Notes under the pieces: model-generated
The model's input: only the letters and a program-made list of their open reading frames with translations
What the model was told of the DNA's origin: nothing
The model's database searches: none
In this document: positions 1 to 8,706 of the stretch, piece after piece
How the letters are laid out: each line of letters begins with the position of its first letter
How positions within the stretch are numbered: the first letter of the stretch is position 1
NCBI GenBank assembly: GCA_045658925.1
Contig: JAZOVV010000070.1
Span: 5,526-69,525, forward strand
DNA: 64,000 nt
Origin: Eubacteriales bacterium
Lineage (GTDB): Bacteria > Bacillota > Clostridia > Oscillospirales > CAG-272
Direction: 5' to 3'
Made by a program: the position numbers and the translations under genes

Positions 1-860
1 GCGGTTCCGCAACAGGCGGTCACGTTATGTCCGATGCTTGGACAACCGAAAACAAACAGCACTTCCACAAGTGTACAGTAGACGGTTGTGACCATGTCGA
101 GGATACCGCAAACTGCTCCGGTGGCGAAGCAACCTGCTTTGCGGCGGCTAAATGCTCTGCCTGCGGCAAAGAATACGCCCCTGCCCTCGTTCATGATTAT
201 ACCAATACAGAAGACAACACAGTTAGATTCGCGGCAACCACCTGCCAAGAGTTCACCACCTATTGGTACGATTGCTCCCATTGCGGAAACAGCGCAAAGG
301 ACGATGTAAACGCAACTGACAAGTGGTACGAAAGCGACGAGGCAGGCAACCACGTCATGTCCGTCACTTGGACGACCGAAGACGGCAAGCACTTCCACAA
401 GTGTACAGTAGACGGTTGCGACTACACCTCAACTCCCGAAAACTGCTCCGGCGGTGAGGCAACCTGCACCGAGGGAGCAAAATGCTCTGCATGCGGCAAG
501 GAATACGAAACCGCTATCGGTCACGATTATACCAATACAGAAACCAACACGATTAGAACCACAGCAACCTATTGCAAAGAATTCAACACTTATTGGTACG
601 ATTGCTCTCGTTGCGGTGAAAGTGCAAAGGACGATGCAAACGCAACTGACAAGTGGTACACGAGTACCGAGGCAGGCAACCACATTATGTCCAACGCTTG
701 GACGACCGAAAACGGACAACACTTCCACAAGTGTACAGTAGCCGGTTGTGACCACACCTCGGAGCCCGAAAACTGCTCCGGCGGCGAAGCAACCTGCACC
801 GAGGCAGCTCAATGCTCTACTTGCGGCAAGGAATACGGTCCTGCTCCCAGCCACACCGCA
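1..860 (+). repeat. In-frame 330-nt (110-aa) tandem coding repeat, about 2.5 copies in the window and continuing upstream
   Basis: The ATGTCC...TGGAC(A/G)ACCGAA phase recurs at 27, 357 and 687. Confidence 0.85.
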
Positions 861-3800
861 GGCGCGGCAGCAACCTGCACCGCTCCTCAAATCTGTACCG
901 TATGTAGCGTAGTACTCTCCCCTGCTCACGGTCACGCTTGGGTAGCACCCACCTGCTTGGCTCCCCAAACCTGCACAACATGTGGTGCAACCCAAGGCGA
1001 AATCGGTGAGCACAACTTCGACAGCGCCGGTGTTTGCGGCACTTGCGGTAAAGTAACCGTAACAATCACTTTCCAAAGCGGAAACAGCAACGGCAACGAT
1101 GAAATCCTTCCCGCCATTTCCGGTTTTGCAGGCGATGCACTTCCCTCCATTCCCACTCCCACAAAGCCAAATTGCAGCTTTGGAGGTTGGTATACCGACG
1201 AGGCTTGCACGAATGCCTTTAGCGGAACCACCTTTAGCGCGTCTTTGACGCTTTATGCAAAGTGGACTTCCACTGTAAGCACAAGCAACGCGATTACTGT
1301 ATTGAGCTACTACGCCAATGGTAGTAACATGAGTTGGGACTATGCTGCTCCTATTAAACTAGCCATTCAGGCCGCAAATTATCCCGACGTAGTCTGTGTG
1401 CAATTATCGGGTGAGAGATGGAGGACTTTCACTCCTGATGGTTACACCGCGTCTTCGTTTAATAATAAATCAGAGAACACCAGGAACCTCGTGATTTATT
1501 ACAAGACCGACAAGTTCTCGGTAGTTGCCGGTAGTGGTAACACTTATTTTAACTACGTTGTTCTGAAAGACAAGAACGGTACTTCGTTCGCTGTCGTTAA
1601 CGCCCTATTTGAAACCGTAACAGAAGAGACCAAACATAATGAACTATGGGGAAGAATCAACGGCTTTTGGAATGACACAAACCGCGGCCTTATGCCTGTA
1701 ATTATAGCCGGTGCCTTTGGCAACAAAACGACTACCGATAGCATTGCTTACACCGGTCTGACCGGGGACTCCCGATTCGTTGATACTTCCAAGACTGCAA
1801 AGTCCATCACAGCTACAAACACTCCCCGCACCGGTGATTACGTCTTTGCTTCTTACCATATGCAATATTCGGTTGAAAGCTACAAGGTTTTAGACAAACA
1901 AAACACCAGCTGGCCGATTCTCGTCAGTGTAGCTATCCCCAAGGTTAGTTGTTCTCACCTCCTCGCAAAGACAGCAGCAGTTGATGTAACCTGCACGACC
2001 GCGGGCTGCAAGGAATATTACACCTGCACAAAATGCGGTAAGATTTTTGCCGACGCACAAGGTGTTGTTGAAACTACCGTAGCAGCTTGCACCATTCCTA
2101 CTCCCGGACGACACACGGCAGGCACACCTGCAACCTGCACCACCCCGCAAACCTGTATCAGATGCGATTACGTATTCCAGGAGGCGCTCGGCCACAATAT
2201 CATTATCGATAAAGCCGTTGCCGCTACCTGTACCACAACCGGTCTTACCGAAGGCCAACATTGCTCCAGATGCGACGGTGAAACCGTAACACAACAGGTT
2301 CTCGATGCTCTCGGCCACAATGCCGGAGCCGAGGCAACCTGCACCACCCCGCAAACCTGTACCAGATGTGGCCACGTACTCCAAGCCGCTCTCGGTCACG
2401 ACATCGTCATCGACAAGGCAGTTGACGCTACCTGCGAAACAAGCGGTCTTACCCATGGCTATCATTGCTCCAGATGCGACGATGCAACCGTAGAACAACA
2501 AGTTACCGATGCTCTCGTCCACAAGGCCGGAGCAGCGGCAACCTGCACCACCCCGCAAACCTGTACCAGATGCGGCCACGTGCTCCAGCCTGCTCTCAAT
2601 CACAACATCGTTATCGATGAGGCCGTTGCCGCTACCTGTACCACAACCGGTCTTACCGAAGGTTCTCATTGCACAAGATGCGATGACCTAACCGTAGAAC
2701 AACAGGTTATCAAGGCTCTCGGCCACAACATCGTCATTGACGAGGCCGTTGCCGCTACCTGTACCACAACCGGTCTTACCCGAGGCTATCATTGCTCCAG
2801 ATGCAATGATGAAACCGTAGAACAAGAAGTTATCGAGGCTCTCGGTCACAACATCGTCATTGACGAAGCCGTTGCCGCTACCTGCACCGCAACCGGTCTT
2901 ACCCAAGGCTCTCATTGCTCCAGATGCGATGATGAAACCGTAGAACAAGAAGTTACCAATGCCCTTGATCACAACATCGTCATCGACGAGGCAGTTGCCG
3001 CTACCTGCACCGCAACCGGTCTTACCCAAGGCTCTCATTGCTCCAGATGCGACGGTGCAACCGTAGAACAACAAGTTACCAAAGCTCTCGGTCACAACTA
3101 CGTCTGGGTAGTTGACGTTCAGCCCACCTTTGAAGCTGAAGGTGTTATGCATAAGGAATGTACAGTTTGCCACAGTACACGCAACGAAAACACTTCCGTA
3201 GATAAGCTTGCTTGCAGCCACGATCTTGCAAAGACAGAAGCAGTCGAGGCAACCTGCACAACTGCGGGCAACAAGGAGTATTACACTTGTTCTCTGTGTG
3301 AAAAGGTTTACTCCAATGCAGAGGGTACTCTTGAAACTACCCAAGAAGATTGCGTAATCGATGCTCTCGGCCACCAGGCCGGGGCATCGGCAACCTGCAC
3401 CACTGCTCAAACCTGTATTAGATGCGACCACGAATTCCAAACCGCGCTCGGTCACAACGAATTGGGCACCGTTGCTCACGTTGACGCAACCTGTACCAAA
3501 AACGGTGTAACAGGCGGCAATTACTGTGATCGCTGCAACGACGGCAAGGCAGCGGCTGAAGCAATCATTGAAAAACTCGGTCATAACGCCGACGGCTCTA
3601 TTCCTCACGTTGATGCGACCTGTACCCAACCCGGCGTAGTAGGCGGCACTTACTGTGACCGTTGTAACAGAGGTAAGGAAGCAGCCGAGAAGGTCATTTC
3701 CGCAAAGGGACACACCGCAGGCGCAACCGCAACCTGTACCAACGCTCAAACCTGTACCGTATGCGGTGCGGAAATCACCGCAGCTCTCGGTCACAACTAC

Positions 3801-6800
3801 AACAGAACGATCACTCACATTGATGCAACCTGCACCGAAGACGGTGTAACAGGCGGCACTTACTGCAGCCGTTGTAACGATGGCAGAGCAGAAGCCGGAG
3901 TTGTCCTTGAAAAACTTGGTCATAACACCGATGGCTCTATTGCTCACGTTGATGCAACCTGCACCGAAAACGGTGTAACAGGCGGTATTTACTGTAACCG
4001 TTGCAACAACGGCAAGGCAACAGCCGAAACCATCATTATAAAACTCGGTCATAACGCCGAGGGCTTTGTAAAACACGTTGATCCAACCTGTATCGAAACC
4101 GGTGTAACAGGCGGCATTTACTGTGACCGTTGTAACAGAGGTAAGGACGCAGCGGAAGCAGCTATCCCCGCTACCGGCCACAACGATTTGGGCAACGTTA
4201 ATCACGTTAATGCAACCTGCACCACATCCGGTATTGCCGGCGGTAAGTATTGTACCGTTTGTGATTACAACAAGGATGCAGCCGGAGCAGTTATCCCTGA
4301 AAAGGGCCACACCACAACCGAGGCTGCAACCTGTACCACCGCTCAAATCTGTACCGTATGTTATACACAACTCGCCGCCCCCCTCGGTCACACTTGGAAA
4401 AATGCAACCTGCACAGCTCCCCAGACTTGCTCTGTATGTCATGCAACCCAAGGTGAAGCTATCGATCACCAACTCAACAGTGCAGGCGTTTGCAGCATGT
4501 GCTCTCAAAGCTTTATGAGAACAGTCAAATTCCTTAATGGAAACATGAACACCGGCACTCAAATCGCCGAACCCGTTTCCGGTCTCGTTGGCGAAGAAAT
4601 CCCCTTCCCCGCTCCCCAAATGAGCAACTACAAAATTGTTGGTTGGTATCTCGACGAGGCTTGCACGAAGCCCTTTAACGAAACCACCTTTAGCGAGAAT
4701 TTGACACTTTATGCAAAGTGGGATTCCAACCCAACAGAGCAAACAACTGTATTGAGCTATTACGGCAATAATAGTAGCTGGACCAACGACGACGGTCCCG
4801 GTAAGCTTGCCATTAAAGACGCAAGTTCTCCCGACGTAATCTGCTTCCGAAAAATGGGATCGGGTTGGAAGACAATAACTGTTACGAATTACACCGCTTC
4901 TTCCCAAAACAAAAACACAGAGAAATTTATAACTTACTACAGAGCCGACAAGTTTACAGAAATCGACAGCGCGTATACCGGTGATTATAGTTATATTATT
5001 CTGCGACGCATAAGCAACGATACTCTGTTCGCTGTCGTTAACGTCCTATTTGAAAGCGGAACAGAAGAGACGAAACTTGCGAAGCTACAGGAAGGACTCA
5101 ACAATATTTGGAATAAAAACGGTCTTATGCCTACGATTATCGTCGGCGACTTTGGTAGCGCTACGACGACCGATAGCGCCGCCTACAAGGGGCTGACCGA
5201 AAACTCCCAATTCGTTGATGCTTCCAAGGTTGCAAAGTCAATCACAGGGGCGAGCAATACCGACCCCGGTCATTACGCATTTGCTTCTTACCATATGCAA
5301 TCTTCGGTTGAAAGCTACAAGGTTTTAACGGAGCGAAATGGCAAAGATCCGGTTCTTGTCACTGTAGCTCTTCCCAATGCTTGCGCACTCATAAAGACAG
5401 AAGCAACCGCTGCAACCTGTTTGGCTATGGGTAACAAGGAATACTACTACTGCTCTACTTGCGGAAAGATTTACCTTGATGCCATGGGTACTCGCGAAGT
5501 TACCGCGGCGGATTGCATGATTCCTGCTCTCGGCCACGATTGGACTGACGCAACCTGCACCTCTCCCAAGACCTGCTCCACCTGCGGTGTAACCGAAGGC
5601 GTAGCTCTCGACCACGTTTGGACAAATGCCTGCGATATCACATGTAACAACGATTGTGGTACCACCCGCATAGTCGAGCACGATTATGAATGGGTAATCG
5701 ATACTCCTCCCACCGTCACAACCGAAGGTGTTAAGCACGAGGAATGTACGGTTTGCCACGTAAAACGCAGTGAATACACCCCCGTAGATAAGCTTGCTTG
5801 CTCCCATGCTCTCGTAAAGACAGCAGCAACCGCTGCAACCTGCACGACCACAGGTAACAAGGAATATTACACTTGTTCCATCTGTAGAAAGGTTTACTCC
5901 GATGCAGAGGGTACCCTTGAAACTACCGTAGAGGGTTGCAAAATCGCTGTTCTCGATCATACTTGGGTAAATGCAACCTGCAATACTCCCAAGACCTGCT
6001 CCGTTTGTACTACAACCGTAGGCGAGGCTCTCGGTCACTCTTGGGTAGAGGCAACCTGCACAGCCCCCAGAACTTGCTCCGTTTGCCATGCAACCCAAGG
6101 TGAACCTATCGCCCACAACATCAATGATGCAAGCATTTGTACCCTTTGCGGCGGATATTTCCTGAGAACAATTCATTTCAAGGGCGGAAAGCTGTCGTCC
6201 GGCACATACGCCTACGATAACACCCAAATCGCTGCCTCTATTTACGGTTTGGTCGGTGAGAAATTCTCCTACCCCGAAATCACTCTTCAATTAAAGGGTT
6301 ACAACTTTGCCGGTTGGTGTACCGACTACGCTTGCACAAAGTCCTACACAGGAACCACCTTTAGCGAGGATATGACACTTTATGCAAAGTGGGTATCCAA
6401 TGCAAATCAAATCGTCACTGTAATGAGCTTTAACGTTAAGGTTCACGGACTTTTTGAGAGTAGCCGAACCGACCTTGTTGTAGGTACCATTCGTGACGCT
6501 AATCCCGACGTATTTGGCGTGCAAGAGGATGATAGTCTCTGGGTGACCTCGTTGAGAAGCGAATTTAAGAACGAGTATACCATTGTTGAAAAAAGCTCAG
6601 GCTCAAATGAATCCTGCGCAGTCTTCTACCGCACAAGCATGTTTACCTGCCTTGAAAGCGGTACCAAGTGGCTCTCCAACACTCCCGACAAAGCATCCAA
6701 GTATTCCTACACCGAAGGTGGAAAGACTTACACCGAAAACTACAACCGTATTATGACTTACGTTGTACTGCAACGCAACGACGGTGCAAAGTTCCTTTAC

Positions 6801-7214
6801 GTCAATACCCACCTCGACAATAACGGTGATAACTCTCATGAGGTAGCAGAAAAGATCAGAGAGGGAGAAGTTAAGAATATGATGAAAATCATTAACGGTA
6901 TTACCTCTAGATTCCCTAACATCCCTGTAATTGTAAACGGTGACTTTAACGTTGTACCCGACACCAGACTCGCTTACAACGCAATGACAGGAACCTACGG
7001 CTATCTTGATTCTTCCAGAATTGCAAAGGAAGGCGGCCCCTCAACAACCTTTACCGAAAGCAAGGATGAAAACAGCGGAATCATTCTCGACTACATTTTC
7101 GTTTCTCCTGACCTGAAGAATATGGTTGAAACATATTACGTTTGCCCCGCAAAGAGAAACGGAAAATGGGTTTCCGACCACAACGCAATCGTTGCTAAGA
7201 TTGCCATCCCCTAA
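1..7214 (+). CDS. Giant exported Cys-rich repeat protein, 5'-truncated by the window edge; three modules, each [4-Cys repeats]-[Listeria-Bacteroides-type repeat]-[EEP fold]
   Basis: ORF 27..7214 (2395 aa). The frame stays open back to nt 3, and GSATGGHV before the first Met matches the internal repeat ..EAGNHVMS.., so the true N-terminus lies upstream. Repeats of HFHKCTVxGC, ATCTxPQTCxRCGH and ATCTxTGLTxGxHCSRCD. GWYxDxACTxxF...LTLYAKW motifs end at 1265, 4721 and 6392. The C-terminal domain carries the EEP motif set. Confidence 0.85.
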   Translation, partial: GSATGGHVMSDAWTTENKQHFHKCTVDGCDHVEDTANCSGGEATCFAAAKCSACGKEYAPALVHDYTNTEDNTVRFAATTCQEFTTYWYDCSHCGNSAKDDVNATDKWYESDEAGNHVMSVTWTTEDGKHFHKCTVDGCDYTSTPENCSGGEATCTEGAKCSACGKEYETAIGHDYTNTETNTIRTTATYCKEFNTYWYDCSRCGESAKDDANATDKWYTSTEAGNHIMSNAWTTENGQHFHKCTVAGCDHTSEPENCSGGEATCTEAAQCSTCGKEYGPAPSHTAGAAATCTAPQICTVCSVVLSPAHGHAWVAPTCLAPQTCTTCGATQGEIGEHNFDSAGVCGTCGKVTVTITFQSGNSNGNDEILPAISGFAGDALPSIPTPTKPNCSFGGWYTDEACTNAFSGTTFSASLTLYAKWTSTVSTSNAITVLSYYANGSNMSWDYAAPIKLAIQAANYPDVVCVQLSGERWRTFTPDGYTASSFNNKSENTRNLVIYYKTDKFSVVAGSGNTYFNYVVLKDKNGTSFAVVNALFETVTEETKHNELWGRINGFWNDTNRGLMPVIIAGAFGNKTTTDSIAYTGLTGDSRFVDTSKTAKSITATNTPRTGDYVFASYHMQYSVESYKVLDKQNTSWPILVSVAIPKVSCSHLLAKTAAVDVTCTTAGCKEYYTCTKCGKIFADAQGVVETTVAACTIPTPGRHTAGTPATCTTPQTCIRCDYVFQEALGHNIIIDKAVAATCTTTGLTEGQHCSRCDGETVTQQVLDALGHNAGAEATCTTPQTCTRCGHVLQAALGHDIVIDKAVDATCETSGLTHGYHCSRCDDATVEQQVTDALVHKAGAAATCTTPQTCTRCGHVLQPALNHNIVIDEAVAATCTTTGLTEGSHCTRCDDLTVEQQVIKALGHNIVIDEAVAATCTTTGLTRGYHCSRCNDETVEQEVIEALGHNIVIDEAVAATCTATGLTQGSHCSRCDDETVEQEVTNALDHNIVIDEAVAATCTATGLTQGSHCSRCDGATVEQQVTKALGHNYVWVVDVQPTFEAEGVMHKECTVCHSTRNENTSVDKLACSHDLAKTEAVEATCTTAGNKEYYTCSLCEKVYSNAEGTLETTQEDCVIDALGHQAGASATCTTAQTCIRCDHEFQTALGHNELGTVAHVDATCTKNGVTGGNYCDRCNDGKAAAEAIIEKLGHNADGSIPHVDATCTQPGVVGGTYCDRCNRGKEAAEKVISAKGHTAGATATCTNAQTCTVCGAEITAALGHNYNRTITHIDATCTEDGVTGGTYCSRCNDGRAEAGVVLEKLGHNTDGSIAHVDATCTENGVTGGIYCNRCNNGKATAETIIIKLGHNAEGFVKHVDPTCIETGVTGGIYCDRCNRGKDAAEAAIPATGHNDLGNVNHVNATCTTSGIAGGKYCTVCDYNKDAAGAVIPEKGHTTTEAATCTTAQICTVCYTQLAAPLGHTWKNATCTAPQTCSVCHATQGEAIDHQLNSAGVCSMCSQSFMRTVKFLNGNMNTGTQIAEPVSGLVGEEIPFPAPQMSNYKIVGWYLDEACTKPFNETTFSENLTLYAKWDSNPTEQTTVLSYYGNNSSWTNDDGPGKLAIKDASSPDVICFRKMGSGWKTITVTNYTASSQNKNTEKFITYYRADKFTEIDSAYTGDYSYIILRRISNDTLFAVVNVLFESGTEETKLAKLQEGLNNIWNKNGLMPTIIVGDFGSATTTDSAAYKGLTENSQFVDASKVAKSITGASNTDPGHYAFASYHMQSSVESYKVLTERNGKDPVLVTVALPNACALIKTEATAATCLAMGNKEYYYCSTCGKIYLDAMGTREVTAADCMIPALGHDWTDATCTSPKTCSTCGVTEGVALDHVWTNACDITCNNDCGTTRIVEHDYEWVIDTPPTVTTEGVKHEECTVCHVKRSEYTPVDKLACSHALVKTAATAATCTTTGNKEYYTCSICRKVYSDAEGTLETTVEGCKIAVLDHTWVNATCNTPKTCSVCTTTVGEALGHSWVEATCTAPRTCSVCHATQGEPIAHNINDASICTLCGGYFLRTIHFKGGKLSSGTYAYDNTQIAASIYGLVGEKFSYPEITLQLKGYNFAGWCTDYACTKSYTGTTFSEDMTLYAKWVSNANQIVTVMSFNVKVHGLFESSRTDLVVGTIRDANPDVFGVQEDDSLWVTSLRSEFKNEYTIVEKSSGSNESCAVFYRTSMFTCLESGTKWLSNTPDKASKYSYTEGGKTYTENYNRIMTYVVLQRNDGAKFLYVNTHLDNNGDNSHEVAEKIREGEVKNMMKIINGITSRFPNIPVIVNGDFNVVPDTRLAYNAMTGTYGYLDSSRIAKEGGPSTTFTESKDENSGIILDYIFVSPDLKNMVETYYVCPAKRNGKWVSDHNAIVAKIAIP
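1290..1940 (+). other. Degenerate (probably catalytically dead) EEP-like domain, copy 1
   Basis: Aligns by eye to the C-terminal EEP domain, but the catalytic positions are replaced: SFNV->SYYA, VQED->VQLS, NTHLD->NALFE, NGDFN->AGAFG, SDHNAIV->SWPILV. Confidence 0.6.
2598..3089 (+). repeat. Four consecutive in-frame 123-nt (41-aa) coding repeats
   Basis: Unit starts at 2598, 2721, 2844 and 2967, with the next at 3090. Unit sequence: (N/G/D)H(N)IVIDEAVAATCTxTGLTxGxHC(S/T)RCxDxTVEQxVxxAL. Related, more diverged units run from about 2170 to 4320. Confidence 0.9.
4741..5375 (+). other. Degenerate EEP-like domain, copy 2
   Basis: Same alignment as copy 1: SYYG, CFRKMG, NVLFE, VGDFG, KDPVLV at the positions of the catalytic N/E/H/D-N/D-H. 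It shares FASYHMQxSVESYKVL with copy 1. Confidence 0.6.
6405..7211 (+). other. Intact endonuclease/exonuclease/phosphatase (DNase I-like) domain
   Basis: MSFNVKV, GVQEDD, YVNTHLDN, VNGDFNV and WVSDHNAIVAKI appear in the canonical EEP order. Confidence 0.75.
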
Positions 7215-7328
7215 ACATAACCCAACAAAAAAGCAACGGGCGTCACCGCGCCCGTTGCAAAATGAAATCATTTTAACCATAGCATGCACAACAATTATAT
7301 TCCAAAAGAATAACAAACAAAAAGCAAA

Positions 7329-7375
7329 GCCGCCGGCAAGAAGGCTTTTCCCTCCTTGCCGGCGGTTTTGCTTTT
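7329..7375. terminator. Bidirectional intrinsic terminator between convergent genes
   Basis: 12-bp GC-rich stem GCCGCCGGCAAG / CTTGCCGGCGGT (7329-7340 / 7355-7366). An A-run sits upstream and TTTTGCTTTT downstream. Confidence 0.7.
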
Positions 7376-7613
7376 ATAAAAGAATGTAAACAATCAGATA
7401 CGCAAGTGCGAGGAGCCCAAGCACTGCAAGCATCGGCAAAAACATCATTTTAACGGCTGCTATATACGTTTGGACCTGTTCCTTAAACGTTGCGTTGGGG
7501 CGCGGTGCTCCCAATCGAGGTGCTTTTGGTTTTCTCAGATCCGACATATTGGCGATGGAAGATCCGTCATCGATGTATACCGGCTTTATTTTCTTTTCCT
7601 TGTTCTTTCCCAT
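7374..7613 (-). CDS. Small C-terminally membrane-anchored protein (about 79 aa), last gene of the opp operon
   Basis: ATG at 7613 lies 1 nt after the oppF stop (TGAtATG). MGKNKEKKIKPV... ends in the hydrophobic MFLPMLAVLGLLALAYLIVYILL. A terminator follows immediately. No family recognised. Confidence 0.4.
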   Translation of the reverse strand: MGKNKEKKIKPVYIDDGSSIANMSDLRKPKAPRLGAPRPNATFKEQVQTYIAAVKMMFLPMLAVLGLLALAYLIVYILL

Positions 7614-7614
7614 A

Positions 7615-8706
7615 TCAGTTATCCTTTTGGAGCAGATGGCATGCCGCAAAATGTCCGGGCTCGTACTCCCTGTAAGAAGGGGTTACGTGCTTGCATTTTT
7701 CGGTTGCATGCGGGCATCTGGTATGGAAGCGGCATCCCTTGGGCGGGTTGGTGGGCGACGGAATGTCTCCCCCCAGCACGATGCGGTTCATCTTGATATC
7801 GGGATTGGGGTACGGAATCGCAGAGAACAACGCTTTTGTATAGGGATGGAGCGGATTTGCGAAAATATCCTGCTTGGAACCAAACTCGACCATAGAACCG
7901 AGATACATAACGCCAACCTTATCGGAAATAAACTTAACAACCGAGAGGTCGTGAGAAATGAACAGATAGGTCAAGTTCATGGATTTTTGCAGATCCTTGA
8001 GCAAATTGATGATTTGCGCCTGAATGGAAACGTCGAGTGCGGAAACCGGCTCGTCACAAATCACAAGCTTGGGCTTGACCGAGAGTGCACGTGCGATGCA
8101 GATTCTTTGGCGCTGACCGCCCGAAAATTCGTGAGGATATCTTTCGTAATAGTAATCACGCAATCCGCACTTTCTCATCAAATCCATAACGTATTCCTTC
8201 ACCTCGTTATTGGGAACGATGTGGTGCACCTTTACGGGCTCGGAGAGGATCTCTCCAACCGTGGAACGTGGGGGCAAAGAGGAATATGGGTCTTGGAAGA
8301 TGATCTGCATATCGGTGCGCAAATGACGCATTTGCGCATTGCTATACTTGGTAATGTCCTCACCGTTAAAAATGATACGGCCGCCGCTGGGCTGATGGAG
8401 CTTGAGAACGGTTCTTCCCATTGTGGTCTTACCGCATCCCGATTCGCCAACGATACCGAGTGTTTCGCCCGGCTTGAGCGTAAAGGATACGTCATCCACC
8501 GCAACAAGCTCTTTTTGAACCTGACCCAACAGATTTTTCTTTACGGGGAATCTCTTGCACAGATGTCTTACCTCAAGCAATGCCTCGGGGTCAAAGGGCT
8601 TTCCTATATCTGCTGCAATACGGGCGCTTTTTTCTTCGGCTTCTTTTGTAGCGATAGCCTCATCGTCATACAGAACGGTGTCTTCTGTTTTGCGTATTTC
8701 AGCCAT
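7615..8706 (-). CDS. oppF: Oligopeptide ABC transporter ATP-binding protein OppF
   Basis: Walker A GESGCGKTT, signature FSGGQRQR, Walker B LVICDEPVSALD, and a C-terminal Cys/His oligopeptide-type extension (CRFHTRCP..C..C). Overlaps oppD by 8 nt. Confidence 0.9.
   Translation of the reverse strand: MAEIRKTEDTVLYDDEAIATKEAEEKSARIAADIGKPFDPEALLEVRHLCKRFPVKKNLLGQVQKELVAVDDVSFTLKPGETLGIVGESGCGKTTMGRTVLKLHQPSGGRIIFNGEDITKYSNAQMRHLRTDMQIIFQDPYSSLPPRSTVGEILSEPVKVHHIVPNNEVKEYVMDLMRKCGLRDYYYERYPHEFSGGQRQRICIARALSVKPKLVICDEPVSALDVSIQAQIINLLKDLQKSMNLTYLFISHDLSVVKFISDKVGVMYLGSMVEFGSKQDIFANPLHPYTKALFSAIPYPNPDIKMNRIVLGGDIPSPTNPPKGCRFHTRCPHATEKCKHVTPSYREYEPGHFAACHLLQKDN

Noticed and set aside
2170-4320. 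Regular 123-nt-type repeats that could superficially suggest a CRISPR-like or satellite array
   Set aside because: The repeats are in frame inside a continuous ORF and encode a conserved 4-Cys protein motif. They have no unique spacers and no cas genes, so they are coding tandem repeats.
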